The position numbers were made by a program, and so were the translations under genes. Under the pieces are notes generated by a model. That model searched no databases. It was given only the letters and a program-made list of their open reading frames with translations, and was not told where the DNA came from. Shown piece by piece: positions 15,201 through 27,475 of a DNA stretch of 64,000 nucleotides; the stretch's first letter is position 1, and the number at the start of each line of letters is the position of its first letter. The DNA lies in assembly GCF_001194135.2 (NCBI RefSeq), contig NC_068983.1:104322214-104386213 (forward strand), written 5' to 3'. The DNA is from Octopus bimaculoides (taxonomy: Eukaryota).

Positions 15201-18200
15201 GGTTCTAGGTTCATTGTGCCTGGGAAAGAGACAAGAAAGTCAATGTTGGAATGCCTCTGAGCATAGATTTTCTCAACCAAAGCTGACTTAGGAGTAAATA
15301 ACTACAATAACAAGAATAATAGCTATATTGGTCACAAAGATGCACATGCATACTGCTCTGCTGTGCTCTGTATTGCTTTACAACGAATGACTAAAATCAT
15401 AATTAACTGATCCCCTGCATTTTCTCTTACCCAAAGCCAGGAACTTTTCAACACCCCTTGTATGTTGTTTAAGGTACTAGATTATAGTTTAGTCAAAAAC
15501 TAAGATAACCTTATGTACCAACTTTATTATGTTACAAATAAAAGATTTATTGTTCCACTTTGTATCAGCATTAGAAAATGGCAGATGCATTCTGACATAT
15601 GTTTATGTCTCAGTTGGCACCACTGTAAAATAGGGGATGTAAATTACACTCTGTAACACAATTTTAGTCCTTGGGTAGCAATTGTTATTTCCTATTTGCT
15701 TACCCCTAAAAAGTATGAAACTTGGCTAATATTTCCTTCAAACTTTGCTTTTGTTACATTTATTCAAACCCCAAAGATGATACTCCCCCACTACTCCTGC
15801 TCATGATCAGAGATGCACATATTGTCAGCCACTAAGGGACATGCTCAAGTAGTTACGGTCAAGCAAATGACAAGCAAATCTGTGGTATTGAGCAGAATAT
15901 TTGCTATAAGGATATTTCTGCTTCAGCAACTCAGTGCTGAATCTGTCTGAAATGTAATGGAAAATAGGTCAGTTTCAAAACATTGATGTCCAGGTCACAA
16001 AAACAAAGTTTAAAGGGAATAGTATTAATTTCCTTTGATTTTTTGACAGAAACAAATAAGAAATAACACTTATTGACTAAAGACAATAAAAAAAGATTAG
16101 ATTTTGTGAGACTGTGTTATCAAACTGTTTTTATGGAAAGAGGGAGAATGGGCAGAAATGGTCAAAGAGAGTGGCTGAATGAAAGCCTGAACTGTCTAAA
16201 ATATTTCTCTTCATTAAATTGTTAACTATATTGCAGCTCACATTTACTGTTTTACAATGCTTGTTTGTTAGCCAAATTACAGACTTTTATTTCTATTCAA
16301 AGATTAAAGAAAGTGAATATTTATATGTTCCTTCTATTACCATGATGATGAGACTGCCTTTTAAAAGGTATTGAGATATGAACCTGTGAGTAATTATCTA
16401 AGTGGTCAATCAATCCACTAGAAATAGAAGCCAAACCTCACTCAAATCACATGCTGCCTTCTTAAAAAAAGGTTGGATAATGTAATCCAGGGTACATTTT
16501 CCCTGAAAAAAAGGGGATTGTCATAATTTTAATGTCTTTGATTGTAGGTTTGCTTAATCAGAGTTGACCTGGGGCTAAACAACTACTAGATAATGTGGTG
16601 TTATGGATGACTTATAGTCATACACAGTGAAGAGTAAGTGAAGCATAAGTTGGTTTCTAGTTTATTCTAATATTCATTATAGTTGTTTGGCTCCTCACTT
16701 GTATATTACTTAGCAATTCATTCTTTGTTTTCCATGAAAATAACTTAATTATCAAAAGTTGTTTCTCTGTATTATTATTTACTAATTGTTCTTGTCTGTT
16801 TCAGGGGGAATTCGAGATATCCATGATGTACTGCTTCTTTATCTATGGGGTTTGATGAATGACAAACCTCTGATAGCTCCATCTGTGTTGCACCTTCTCA
16901 CAGATATGGACTCCTGGCCTGGTCTCTCTCTCACTCAACTACGAATGATCAGGTATTTATGTTATTCTAAATGTTTTACATTATTTCCGATTTCATCATC
17001 CATCGTTTTAAATTCGGGGTTTGTCCCCATTAACGGGGATGTCCGGAACTACCTCAATACCATAGCAACTGCCCTCACACCATCTCGCCATCTTGCCCAG
17101 TTTTGGGTGTCCTCCCTTCTCAAGCCAACCCTCCCAATCTCCTCCTCCACTTGTCCCCTCCACATTTTCCTCGGTATACCTCACTTTCACTGTCCTTTTA
17201 CCTCAAACTCTAGCACCCTCTTCAGTACATGCTCCTCATCACATGCCCATACCACCACACTCCATTCACCCTTGCCAGCCATTCTACTGATTCCTCCAAC
17301 CCCAGCATCCCCATCAAGTCCTCAGTCCTCCTCTTATCAAACAGCCTCAGGCCATGCATTTCTCTCACCATTGCTCTCTCAGTCCTCAAAATTGCCATCT
17401 CTCTCTCTCTCTCAAACACCATGTCTCACTCCCATACAGCATTGCAGCTCTCACACAACTCCTATAGACCTTTCCTTTCGTTTTCAATGAGAACCTTTTC
17501 CCGTATAACAACACTCCACATTCCCTGAACTTCACCCAGCCAAGTCTCACTCGTGCTGTCACAGCTGCTTCACATCCATCGCTTACATTCACCCTATCTC
17601 CCAAATAACAAACCCTGTCACTGTCTCCATCTCATCACCTCATCCAGCCTTCCAGCTCCTTTCTCATATCTCCTACAAACAACCTCTCTCACCAGTCTTG
17701 GGGTCACCTTCTTCATTTTCATACATCTATCATGAATCCATTTCTCACATCATTAGAAATTTATTAAAACAAAGAATAATTTTTTCTTTTTTAAATTCAA
17801 TGATTGATTAATTCATTTTTAGATGCCTTTTATCACTGGATAAAAATACACGCAAACTTATAATCATGGGGGAACATAGCTTTGATCTTGTAAGTATTTC
17901 TTTTTCCTCCTTTTTTGACTTTGTTAATTTAATAAAAATGGCATTTTTTTAATGTAGGTAAAATGGCCTAGTAGTTAAAGTATTGAATTGCAATATCTTG
18001 TATAGTTACTTCAAATTTGTTTCAATTTTAATGTTGTGTTGTTGCTGCTTCAATTGAAGTTCATTGTTGCAATTTGAGTTGAAGATATTCTGCTACTTTC
18101 CTGGATTGTTTTACTGTATTTAGATTAGCAGGACAGTTAGGAAGTATGGGACAATTGCAATCTGGACAAACGTTGGTGATTTCTAGTTCTATTTGACTGC

Positions 18201-21200
18201 AGTAGTTCTTCAACATGAACCAGAAACTGTTGTGCAATTGTGCTAGTATTTTTTATGTTTTCAGTGGTAGGCATCCTTCTTTCTTATTGATCATAAGTTG
18301 GTCAGGTGATTAATATTCAAAGCAAGTAACCCTAAAGTGCATTTTCAACTGCTAAGCAGTAAAATTTCTTTGTTGTAGTCTCTTTGCTTTTCATTGCTAA
18401 TAAATTTCTAGACTATATGAATTTTATTGAATTTTGTGAATATACTTACCTTTCTTTTTTTGTCTGGATCTGAAAATAATTGGAGATATGTGGGATATCT
18501 GTTGTGGTATTGAGCTAGGTATTTGCACACTCAGAAAGTATGAGTATGATTGTACTTTCAGAATTTTTGCTTTGTGATGTAGCGGTCTTCAGCTGCTATT
18601 TTGACGCAACTTGTGGCCACTCAAAGAAATCTCTTACTATGATCTCTAAGGCCTTGAATTGTGGTACTTTAAGAACAACAGTTTCTGCTGTTTTTGCTTT
18701 TGTTTTCTGTCTTTCAGATTTTGCTCGGTAGAAACCTTTTTGTTGTAAAGCGGTCTTTTACCACTGTTGTATCTGTCTTTTGACGATGGTTGTCACTCTG
18801 AAAGATATTGTTATATTCTGACGTCGTCGATAGAGTGTTTCTATCTGGCACTGTATGACCCCCAGTTGTACAATGTTAATATCCTCAAAAGGTTGGATCG
18901 ATATAACGTCCACACAGTATCACAGTATAATTACTATATCAGCTCAGACATGACTATCAACACAGTCTATATGTACTCTCATCCTTCCTGACCTTCTGGC
19001 GTCGACCGGCTATTGGTTTCTTTATAGTGGCTGACTACTACCACTTTTTACGAGGAGAGGTGTATGGTTTCACTTTACAACACTTTCAAATGGCCTTTAC
19101 TTTCACACTTGTAGCAGTTGAGTTTTTTTGTTGTGATTCATCAGTCTCATTGCTTTTATTTCTGCACCCATGCTGGGACACAGATTTAGAGTAGCTCTGT
19201 GGCTATTAGGACTTACATATCCAAGTAGGCTGCACCCATTCATATTGTTTCTAGTTTCCCTGGTACTCACTATGTGCTTATGCTGTGCCACAAAGATGAC
19301 AATGAGCCAAAGTTCAACATCATTGCCAATGGCCTTCACCATCACCTCATGTTTGTATTGTCTCCTGTTTTCTAACACTAACCTATGGGCAGGTTTATGA
19401 CACACTAGCTCAGCCTGTTTTCTTACTTCAGTGTCAGCTTTGAAAGCCAAGAATGACATTTCTCTATGCTCAATCCCAGCTGAAGTAGGAGGTATCACTC
19501 AACACATCAACCAGGACTACCTCTAGTTGCTGCTTTGAGGGCATAAGGAAAACCCCTGTGTTTTTAAACTGACAAAAATATGTAATCTTCTTTTTCACCT
19601 TTGGTTAAAGACTATGAGAGGGGAAGCATTTTCTTGATCACATATCTCTTGTTAAGTCACTCGTGTTTAGTGTCTTTCTATTACTACCAATGTTAGTGAA
19701 GGAGTTATGTTGCTTAACCCTTTAGTGTTTAAACCGGCTATATCCGGCCCAAATATTCTACTCATTTTAGGCTCAAACTGGCCAGAACCAGTATCTCACA
19801 CCTACCCTGCAATGTCATTCTAAAAATAAACAATTACATCTTTCCACTCTTGAAGCTACAAGATAATACCAGATTAATTTTTTTTTAATGTAAATGAATA
19901 AGGATTACTTTTGACATATTAATTTGAACGTTAAAGGGTTAAAACAACGCTTTCATTAAAATTGGCCTGTTTTCTTCACTCTGTGAAATGTGTATTGTTG
20001 TTAATTGACATTTTTAACTGTTAAGATATTATTTTTTCATGTTCAATGTGCAGGTTGCTTTGAAATTAAAATTTGCTTTCTATGTAATGTTCATTTTTCA
20101 CTTTTTTTTTTCTTTCTTTTTTTTAATTTTTGAGTGAGTATTTTCTCTGATAAGTTATCTTGAGTTGATTGTAAACAAAAGCAGAAAAATAAGATTGTAT
20201 CAAAAACATCAGCTCTTGTGTCTCCCCTGTACTAAATGAGACATTCAATGTATTCCAGGACAATCCCTATTGAAAACTATCCCTAAGGAAATATTTTTCT
20301 TTCAGTTGCGCTTAGTGAAAAATCTAAAATTCTTAGAGTAAGATGGAAATACATCTGCTCATAATAATATTTAATCATCTTTTCTACTATAAGCACAAGG
20401 TTTGCAGTTCTAGGGGAGGGTGCTAGTTGATTACAGCAGCCCATTACTTAACTGGTACTTATTTCATTGACGCTCTCCAAGGATGAAAGCCAAAATCAAC
20501 TTCAATGGAATTTAAACTCAGAACATAAATCTAAAGTGCCAGGAGAAATGCTGCTAAGCATTTTGTCTGGCATGCTAATGATTCTGCCAGCTAGCTGCCT
20601 TATAATAACATTTAATAATAAAAAGACTAATGATTTATAATAATAATAATAATAATTTCAAATTTTGGCACAAGGCCAGCAATTTCAAGGGAGGAGGTAA
20701 GTTGATTCCATCGACTCCGGTGCTCAACTGATACTTATTTCATTGACCCCAGAAGGATGAAAGTGAGCAAAATGCCAATAAGCATTTTGCCTAGCATGCT
20801 AATGATTTCCAATAATAATAATAATCCTTTCTACTATAAGCACAAGGCCTGAAATTTTGTGGGAGTGGGCTAGTTGATTACAATGACACTGGTGCATAAC
20901 AGGTGCTTATTTCATTGACTCCAAAAGGGTGAAAGGCAAAGTCGACCTTGGCAGAATTTAAACTCAGAAGAAAGACAGACGAAATGCCACTAAGCATTTT
21001 GCCCGGTGTGCTAACAATTCTGCCAGCTCGCTGCCTAAGAAGAAGTGGTGGTGGTGGTGGCAGCAGTGGTTATAATAATTATAATAATAATAGCTGTTGT
21101 TGTTGTTTCTAGCATGGTCAATCTTCTCAACCATCACTTTCATCATCAAGTTCATCATTTGCATCTAACAATAAAGAATCACTGAAGTATCTTCATACTC

Positions 21201-24200
21201 TGCTCATGTTCAAGTTTATCCAGCCTTATATTGTCAATACTTTGATCCCACGTATCACAGAACTGGATAATTTAGGTAAGTGCTCATAATGAAAGATTCC
21301 TTGCAGTATTTTAGATTTTTGCTTCTCACAGATGATTTGTATTATTCATATTTGCCTTTTTACATTGAAATGGTTTATGTCAGCACATAACACTATATTA
21401 GTTTAGGTTTATGTTCTGCAAAATTAATTCTTAGGCAATTTTCTTTTCTTTCATCATCATCATCATCATTTAATGTCCACTTTACATGCTAGCATGGGTT
21501 GGACGATTTGGCTGAGGACTGGTGAACCAGATGGCTACACCAGGCTCCAATCTGATTTGGCAGAGTTTCTACAGCTGGATGCCCTTCCTAATGCCAACCA
21601 CTCCGAGAGTGTAGTGGGTGCTTTTATGTGCCACTGGCATGAAGGCAAGTCAGGTGGTACTGGCAACGGCCACACTCAAAATGGTGTATTTTACATGCCA
21701 CCTGCACAGGAGCCAGTCCAGCGGCACTTTTCTTTGTTGACTCAAAATAAGAATTGACTTGGGCCAACTCATGTAAGCATGAAAAGCAGATATAAAATGG
21801 GGATACAATGCCTCTGTATGTGTGTGTGTGTGTGTGTATGTGTGTGTAGTAATAAGAAAAACAGGAAATGTAATTGGCATTTCTAAGCTTTATATCACAT
21901 ACATATGTTTTATTAAGCCAACTGACATGCTTCCTTATTATTATAGCAAAAAAATGCAATATGATGTTTGTTGCATGTATGTACCCTAGTCATGTGTATT
22001 ATGCATAAGCATAATAGAGGGTGATAGAAAGAGAGATAGTGGAATAATCTTAAATTTGATATATGTCATTACTATGATCATAGTCATTATTTAATGTCCA
22101 TTTTCCATACTGGCATGATTTGGCTGGTTTGACAGGAACTGGCAAATCAGAAGATTGCACCAAGCTCTCCTGTCTGCTTTGGCATGGTTTTACAGTGTAC
22201 TGAGTGCTTTTTACATTACACCAGCAATTGTTAAGTCACTGAGTAACTTGCAAAATAGGACACTGCAACTGAGTGGGAAGAGTAGTAGCAAGAGACAGAA
22301 AAAAGGTGTCTTGCAGTAGAAAAGAAACATGGCTGTCTTGTGGGGTGGGGGAGAAGATGATGGAAATGTTATGGTGGTGTTGGGGAGACTTATACCTTAG
22401 TTACAGGTTGGTGTACATAGCAAAGTGGACTGGAGATTGGTGAGGGTAAGTGGGTGAGTTCACAATATTGTAAACAGAGAGTAGGAGATGGAAGGTGGAG
22501 GAAAGTGCAGCTAGTAGATAGAGGGAGGGGTGTACTTGAAGGATATATTGTGGGAGAAGAGATTCAATAAGGACAAAGTGTGTGCCAGTAGGTTTGTACA
22601 GGAGAGTGAGAGATAAAGGGGCAGGGAATACAGTGGATGATGAGTCCAATTTGGAGAGGTGGAGATGTTGGAAGATGAGTTATGAGGTAGAGGTTTGTCT
22701 GGGGACAGATTGTGTGCAGAGGGGGTAGGCATGGGCATAAAGGACATGCCTTTTTGATGTTTTCTCTATCTTTTTCTTTCTATATATCTTCCACCTTTGA
22801 TTTCTGTTTATTCTTTCAAAACTTGCATTTTTGCTAACTTAAAGCCATTGCCTTTTTATCTTTTATACAGAATTACGAATTATTTCTTCAATCTGCCAAT
22901 GGTTAAACGCCCGGATGTACCACTTCTCCAGATGGGATTCTATTGCAGCAGCGGTCAAGAAAATGCTCTCTTCCATAGAACATTCAATCATCATATTTGA
23001 AGAAGATTGTCCAATTTGTGGAGAACATATCCTTTTTTCTTGTTAAATTAACAGATAAAGTAAAGTCATTTTATATTTTGTCTTGTTTCAGTCATTGAAC
23101 CACAGCCATGCTGGAGTATTGCGATAAACGGTTCTATTTAAAAGAATCGACCCAAAGGCAATGTGTTTTTTTAAAGCCTGGTACTTAGTTTATTGGTCAG
23201 CAGTGGCATTTTATAGTGTGTCCGATAATTTATTTGGCTTCTTCCCCTCAGTCTTGTTTATGCCTCTGATGACTAATTAGTTTATTGGGTATCTTTTGCT
23301 GAACCACTAAGTTACAGCAATGTAAGCAAACCAACACCAGTTGTCGAGCAGAGGTGGGGGACAAAGACACACACACACACATACACATATACAACAGGCT
23401 TCTTTCAGATTCCATCTACCAAATCCACTCATAAGGCTTTGGTTGGTCCAGTGCTATAATAGAAAACACAATGAAGGTGGCGAGCTGGCAGAAACGTTAG
23501 CACGCCGCGCGAAATGCTTAGCAGTATTTCGTCTGCCACTACGTTCTGAGTTCAAATTCCGCCGAGGTCGACTTCGCCTTTCATCCTTTCAGGGTCGATT
23601 AAATAAATACCAGTTACGCATTGGGGTCGATGTAATCGACTTAATCCGTTTGTCTGTCCTTGTTTGTCCCTTCTATGTTTAGCCCCTTGTGGGCAATAAA
23701 TAATTATATAATAGAAAACACTTGTTCAAGATGCCATGCGGTTGGGAAGCAAATTTCTTACCATACAGCCACACCTGTGCCTATTTTATAAATTATTAGT
23801 TTCTTTTAAATGCAGAGAATTTGATTTTTATATTCTCATTAGAAGTAGGGTTAGTATTAATAATAGTGAACTATAAGTATTATATAATATTTAGTTTCAT
23901 CCCTCTGGGTTCTGAGTTTGAATCTTATAAGGCTTGACTTTGACACTCATCTGGTTCAGTCCTACTACGTGACACTTTGGGCAGGTGTCTTACTATAGCC
24001 TTGAGCCAACCAAAGCCTTGTGAGTGGATTTGACAGACAGAAACTGAAAGAAGCCCATTGCATGTATATGTGTGTGTGTATGTGTGTTACCACCGCTTGA
24101 TAATTGATGTTGGTTTGTTTAAATCCCTGTAACTTAGTGGTTTGACTAAAAGTTCTTCAAAGTAGTGCCCCAGCAGGGCTGCAGTATAATGACTGAACAG

Positions 24201-26066
24201 ATAAAAATGTGATGCAAAGGAAATTTGGCTGCTATTTCAAGCGGGTCAAGTAACCCTCTAGAGCAATGGTTCATGACATTTTTTTGTAGCACCCTCCCAC
24301 TCCTAATCCACCCCTGTAAGTAGTTGTTATGCCTAACACCTACATAAGTGGCAAGTGAGGTATGATAACTAAAGTAACATTCTCCATGGATGATAATTTA
24401 TAAATTTTTCTCTAAAAATGGATCATGTAAGCTTTTAACTGTGAAATGATAAAAAATTAATAAAGATAAAAGTTATAAATTTTCTTTATACATTGCAAGT
24501 TAATGACTTTTCCGTGCCTTATGAAACCTCATTTTATTTTAATAACCATTACTAGTTTTACCCTCTATGATATAATTACTACAACAGGTAAAATTTGTTA
24601 CATCACCACCCTCTAAAACCTAATACCCTTTTCTTTGGGGATGGTACTACCCAAGTTTAGGACCTCTGATCTAGAGGCTCCCTCATTAGCTTGAATAGTT
24701 TTTTGGCTTACTTGCTATGTTTTAACTGTGTTCTATGTTAACAGGATTGTAATTTATTAGTTTATTAACCTCATCTTTAGAGATCACTTTTTTTTTTTTA
24801 ATGTTTACATCTACAATTCAACTGATTTCATCTTTTTCCTGGATGTTTACATAGTATCAGACTGGATTTGAACTAAGAATCTTTATTTCTAAACTATGGT
24901 TAACACTTTCGTTACCAACCCGGCTGAAACCGGCTCTGGCTCTGAGTACAAATGTCTTGCTTTCATAAGTTTTGAATTAAAATCTTCCACCAAACCTTAG
25001 TCACAATTTATGTTCCTAACACTAGCTTAATGATAACTAAGTTATTTTACTAAATTCTTTGTTATATTTAAAGTAATTGAAAGAAACACAGAGCATCTCA
25101 AAATAAATACAGTAACGAAAGGGTTAATAATGTTTTTTATCCACTAGGCCACTTGAACATTTTAAAGTTGTACCTATGTTGTATGCTTAAAGTTGTATGC
25201 TTAAAAATTGGTAAAAATTCTGTTGAACTTGTTATTTAATGTGGTCTTCAAATATTGTGCAAGCTACGTTTGGAAGAACTGGGACACATTATCAGTGATG
25301 TATCCTGAAGTCATCAGGTGTTTTGAGCTTTTCAACATCAGACATCTTCACCCAGTGAACCCAACTGAGGTTCATTAGATCTCTCCACTTGCATCCCAGA
25401 AGCAGTCCATAGATCAGCACTTTTTATCCAAATTACATCTGGTAGTTTTCTCTACCATCTCTATGAAGCCCAAGTGGTTGAGAATTGGCCTTCTTCTTCA
25501 CCCTTTCAATGAAGCCAAATTGGTTGAGGGCTTTGCAAGGTGAACACCCTAAAAAGACTCTGGTGCCCACCTCTATCGGCTTTTAATGGATATTCTTAAA
25601 TAGTTAGTGGGATTTATTGATATACAATACGATACCATTCATGGAAATTGAACAACATCAATATTTGAAACAAATTTTGTTGAAAACAATGTCCAGTATT
25701 AAGGTCAAATGTGGACTTGGCTTTCATTTTGAAATGTTGAATTGCTCCTTAACTATCTTACTTCTTGAAGATGTGGATGTTATGTCAGTAGCCTGTTCTG
25801 GAAACCACACATTTGGTAAGAGTTTTCTCTCTTTAATTTCTATATCATGTACAGAGTTTCAAATGATGGTGATGGATCTCTTCATTTGAAAATGAAGCTT
25901 CAGTTGTTCAATCGACTGAATTCATGTGTAAGTGGGCAGAACATTACACTGACATGTGTATGTTCAACATATTTCTCAGACTGATTGGGAAGTCTGTATG
26001 CAAGTGCCCAAATATTTCAACTGGCTGGAAAAATGCAATGGCTATTGAAGTCCTTTGAACTCAACA

Positions 26067-26106
<40 letters not shown>

Positions 26107-27475
26107 NNNNNNNNNNNNNNNNNNNNNNNNNNNNNNNNNNNNNNNNNNNNNNNNNNNNNNNNNNNNNNNNNNNNNNNNNNNNNNNNNNNNNNNNNNNNNN
26201 NNNNNNNNNNNNNNNNNNNNNNNNNNNNNNNNNNNNNNNNNNNNNNNNNNNNNNNNNNNNNNNNNNNNNNNNNNNNNNNNNNNNNNNNNNNNNNNNNNNN
26301 NNNNNNNNNNNNNNNNNNNNNNNNNNNNNNNNNNNNNNNNNNNNNNNNNNNNNNNNNNNNNNNNNNNNNNNNNNNNNNNNNNNNNNNNNNNNNNNNNNNN
26401 NNNNNNNNNNNNNNNNNNNNNNNNNNNNNNNNNNNNNNNNNNNNNNNNNNNNNNNNNNNNNNNNNNNNNNNNNNNNNNNNNNATATATATATATATATAT
26501 ATATATTAATCAATAATTGTGAGTCTGACAAAATATATTCTGTCAGAGTTATGGATTAAAATTTTGACTTTCAAACTTCTTACTTTGAGTTCTTGATTCT
26601 AAATAGTCTGACAGTGTTTCTTTCAACCTGCCACTTTCTGATATATATATAGATACACACACACACACATACATTTCAGTATCACTGCTAAAAGCAGGCA
26701 GCACTAAACTAAAGTTAATCGGTTTATTCTGGTTTCTTTGAAAATATCTTGTTCAACTATTACAGGTCGATGCTGTAAATCCTTACTTCCCTGTAAGGAG
26801 ATTCCTTACCGAAGATGTTCTCTCTGTAGTAGTGTTGCTATGCCGATAAGTGTAACTACTGGTAAGTATATATTTATCTTTCTAAGTACTTTTTCAGTTT
26901 CAGTCTTTCTAGTCATTTTTATGCTTTTAGATTTCAGAAGTTACATGTATTTTATCATTGAATACAGTGTATCTAGTCCTCAGATTTTTTTTGGGGTGGG
27001 GTTATAATTAGTTTGACATTTTGAATCAAATTATTTCATAATAAGTTTACCAAGGTCACAGAATAAACTCACTACACACTAACAAGATAACCATAGCCAC
27101 AGCCACTTCACTTTGCAAAAATAAAGAATAAAGAATAAAAACTACAAAAACATCAGTTGTAAAATAATTACACCAATAATTAGTGCAAATGTGAATTTAG
27201 CCAATCATCATGTCTATTCTAGTATTCAAAGGAAAGTGTAAATAACATTAAGCAAAAAAAAATGTTATGATATGTTATACATTCATGCTATATTTGGTTT
27301 GTAAATTGTAATGTATCAACAAATCAACTACCTTTTAAAAATGTCTATTTTTTCTAAGCTAAAATTGTCTTTTTTTTCTTTTTCACCACCAGATGCAGCA
27401 GGTCTGTGTACAATTGACCCTCATAGTTGTACTTTTTGTGAAGATTCCCTTTGTGGATCAAGATATTTAGTTTAA
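292..27475 (+). CDS. GTF3C4: General transcription factor 3C polypeptide 4 (TFIIIC90/delta) ortholog, 5'-partial, 17 exons: 292-409, 674-752, 1485-1605, 4092-4260, 5869-5948, 7454-7608, 9084-9204, 9869-9952, 13313-13473, 14193-14256, 16805-16952, 17823-17889, 21113-21275, 22871-23026, 25762-25815, 26766-26861, 27393-27475(TAA)
   Basis: The exons join in frame (1919 nt, about 638 aa plus stop) using GT-AG sites and one AT-AC intron. Peptides match remembered GTF3C4 motifs: GYKSANWSPKGADDVGRCVLACLAIDHRLTI (cf. GFKYTSWSPMGCDANGRCLLAALTMDNRLTI), AMKNGDVVFWKVHFP, IGVALSPNASLLAVV, and the C-terminal Cys-rich domain EEDCPICGELLEDVDVMSVACSGNHTFGRCCKSLLPCKEIPYRRCSLC...SCTFCEDSL. An AATAAA follows near 27572. 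Confidence 0.9.
1023..1407 (-). mobile_element. tRNA-derived SINE (octopus OR1-like) with (CAA)n tail
   Basis: tRNA-like head with A/B boxes on the minus strand (GGAGGCGCAATGG...GGTTTCGATTCCCAGACC). 12-bp TSD AGTATGAACTTT at 1011-1022 and 1408-1419. Nearly identical to 28579-28952. Confidence 0.85.
1745..3517 (+). mobile_element. RTE-clade LINE, internally deleted and decayed (APE endonuclease, post-RT C-terminus, 3' UTR, (GAT)n tail)
   Basis: ORF 1756-2304 has AP-endonuclease motifs (CCIQEVRW, GVGGVGILL, IISAYAPQ, GEFNGHVG). ORF 2443-2829 has ARVRIAWAKFRKLLPLL...KGRLYDACVQTAMLHGSETW. The element ends TTAAATGATGATGATGA. Confidence 0.85.
4320..4546. mobile_element. piggyBac-type MITE family (similar elements about 19715-19941, 24900-25107, 33395-33605, 46317-46440, 47228-47562, 48376-48512)
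   Basis: Ends TTAA-CCCTTTAGCATT ... AATGCTAAAGGG-TTAA, i.e. CCC/GGG termini within TTAA. Confidence 0.7.
5400..5692. repeat. Minisatellite, about 26-bp unit GTGGTACCAGCACCAGTGCTTTT(T)AC, about 11 copies
   Basis: Directly visible tandem units with no unique spacers, inside an RTE-tail repeat. Confidence 0.9.
6648..7025 (-). mobile_element. Abundant tRNA-headed SINE with internal (TA/CA)n (other copies about 12650-13045 -, 23085-23780 -, 23945-24205 +, 28265-28430 -, 29520-29765 -, 32650-32822 -, 49225-49375 +, 58225-58608 +)
   Basis: Head GGCTGTGTGGTAAG...GGGTTCAGTCCCACT, then GGCACCTTGGGCAAGTGTCTTCTACTATAGCC, and tail GACTGAAACAAGTAAAAGAGTA, repeated throughout the window. Confidence 0.8.
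10724..10940. mobile_element. mariner-type MITE family (other copies about 14853-15072, 15390-15460 partial, 55333-55560)
   Basis: TIR GAGGGGTGCTGAAAAGTTCCTGG / CCAGGAACTTTTCAGCA and a shared internal sequence among copies. Confidence 0.7.
11385..12030 (-). mobile_element. RTE 3'-UTR-derived repeat with (GAT)n tail (other copies about 5255-5700 -, 14325-14610 +, 21458-21730 -, 49380-49680 +, 56540-56770 -, 57835-58175 +; related subfamily about 28050-28260, 29320-29520, 31975-32200, 35380-35630)
   Basis: Shares CAGCTGGATGCCCTTCCTAACGCCAACCAC and GGAAAGCGGACGTTAAACGATGATG with the 3' end of the RTE at 3300-3517. Confidence 0.8.
16990..17745 (-). mobile_element. RTE-type LINE 3' fragment in GTF3C4 intron 11
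   Basis: Minus-strand peptides VTARVRLGWVKFRECGVLL...KGKVYRSCVRAAMLYGSETW and WYGHVMR, with frameshifts. Confidence 0.8.
23470..23710 (+). mobile_element. Second tRNA-headed SINE family, nested in an older SINE (other copies about 32450-32625 +, 36410-36642 -, 37705-37916 -; three degenerate tandem copies 20383-21040 -)
   Basis: GGCGAGCTGGCAGAAACGTTAGCACGCC...GAGTTCAAATTCCGCCGAGGTCGAC...GCCCCTTGTGGGCAATAAA, with 11-bp TSD ATAGAAAACAC at 23459-23469 and 23711-23721. Confidence 0.8.
24264..24668. mobile_element. Older hAT (Charlie-like) MITE
   Basis: Degenerate CAATGGTTC.../...GGACCTCTG ends flanked by CTCTAGAG and ATCTAGAG (NTCTAGAN target). Confidence 0.55.

Larger units (their letters stand above)
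23027..25761 (+). other. U12-type (minor spliceosome) AT-AC intron, GTF3C4 intron 14
   Basis: 5' splice site ATATCCTTTT at 23027. Branch site TCCTTAAC at 25746-25753. Terminal AC at 25760-25761. Splicing gives the in-frame junction GAA C|TT CTT GAA (E-L-L-E) inside the zinc-finger region; read-through hits TAA at 23044-23046. Confidence 0.9.

Noticed and set aside
16953-17490. 234-aa ORF 16786-17490 as a novel protein
   Set aside because: It is GTF3C4 exon 11 read through its donor into the antisense strand of an RTE fragment.
18540-19500. GC-richer stretch with short ORFs, possibly an old LINE
   Set aside because: No recognisable motif or splice-compatible frame; cannot be classified by eye.
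23027-23046. GTF3C4 ending at TAA 23044-23046, or GTTAAA as the main donor
   Set aside because: The U12 donor, branch site and AC are an exact consensus match, and downstream exons complete the Cys-rich domain.
25200-25700. Possible decayed mariner transposase on the minus strand
   Set aside because: Only faint resemblance; no TIRs or clear DD34D motifs.
25985-26531. ORFs spanning N-gaps and (TA)n runs (also 52148-52343, 57484-58010, 62590-63465)
   Set aside because: Artefacts of Ns and dinucleotide repeats translating without stops.
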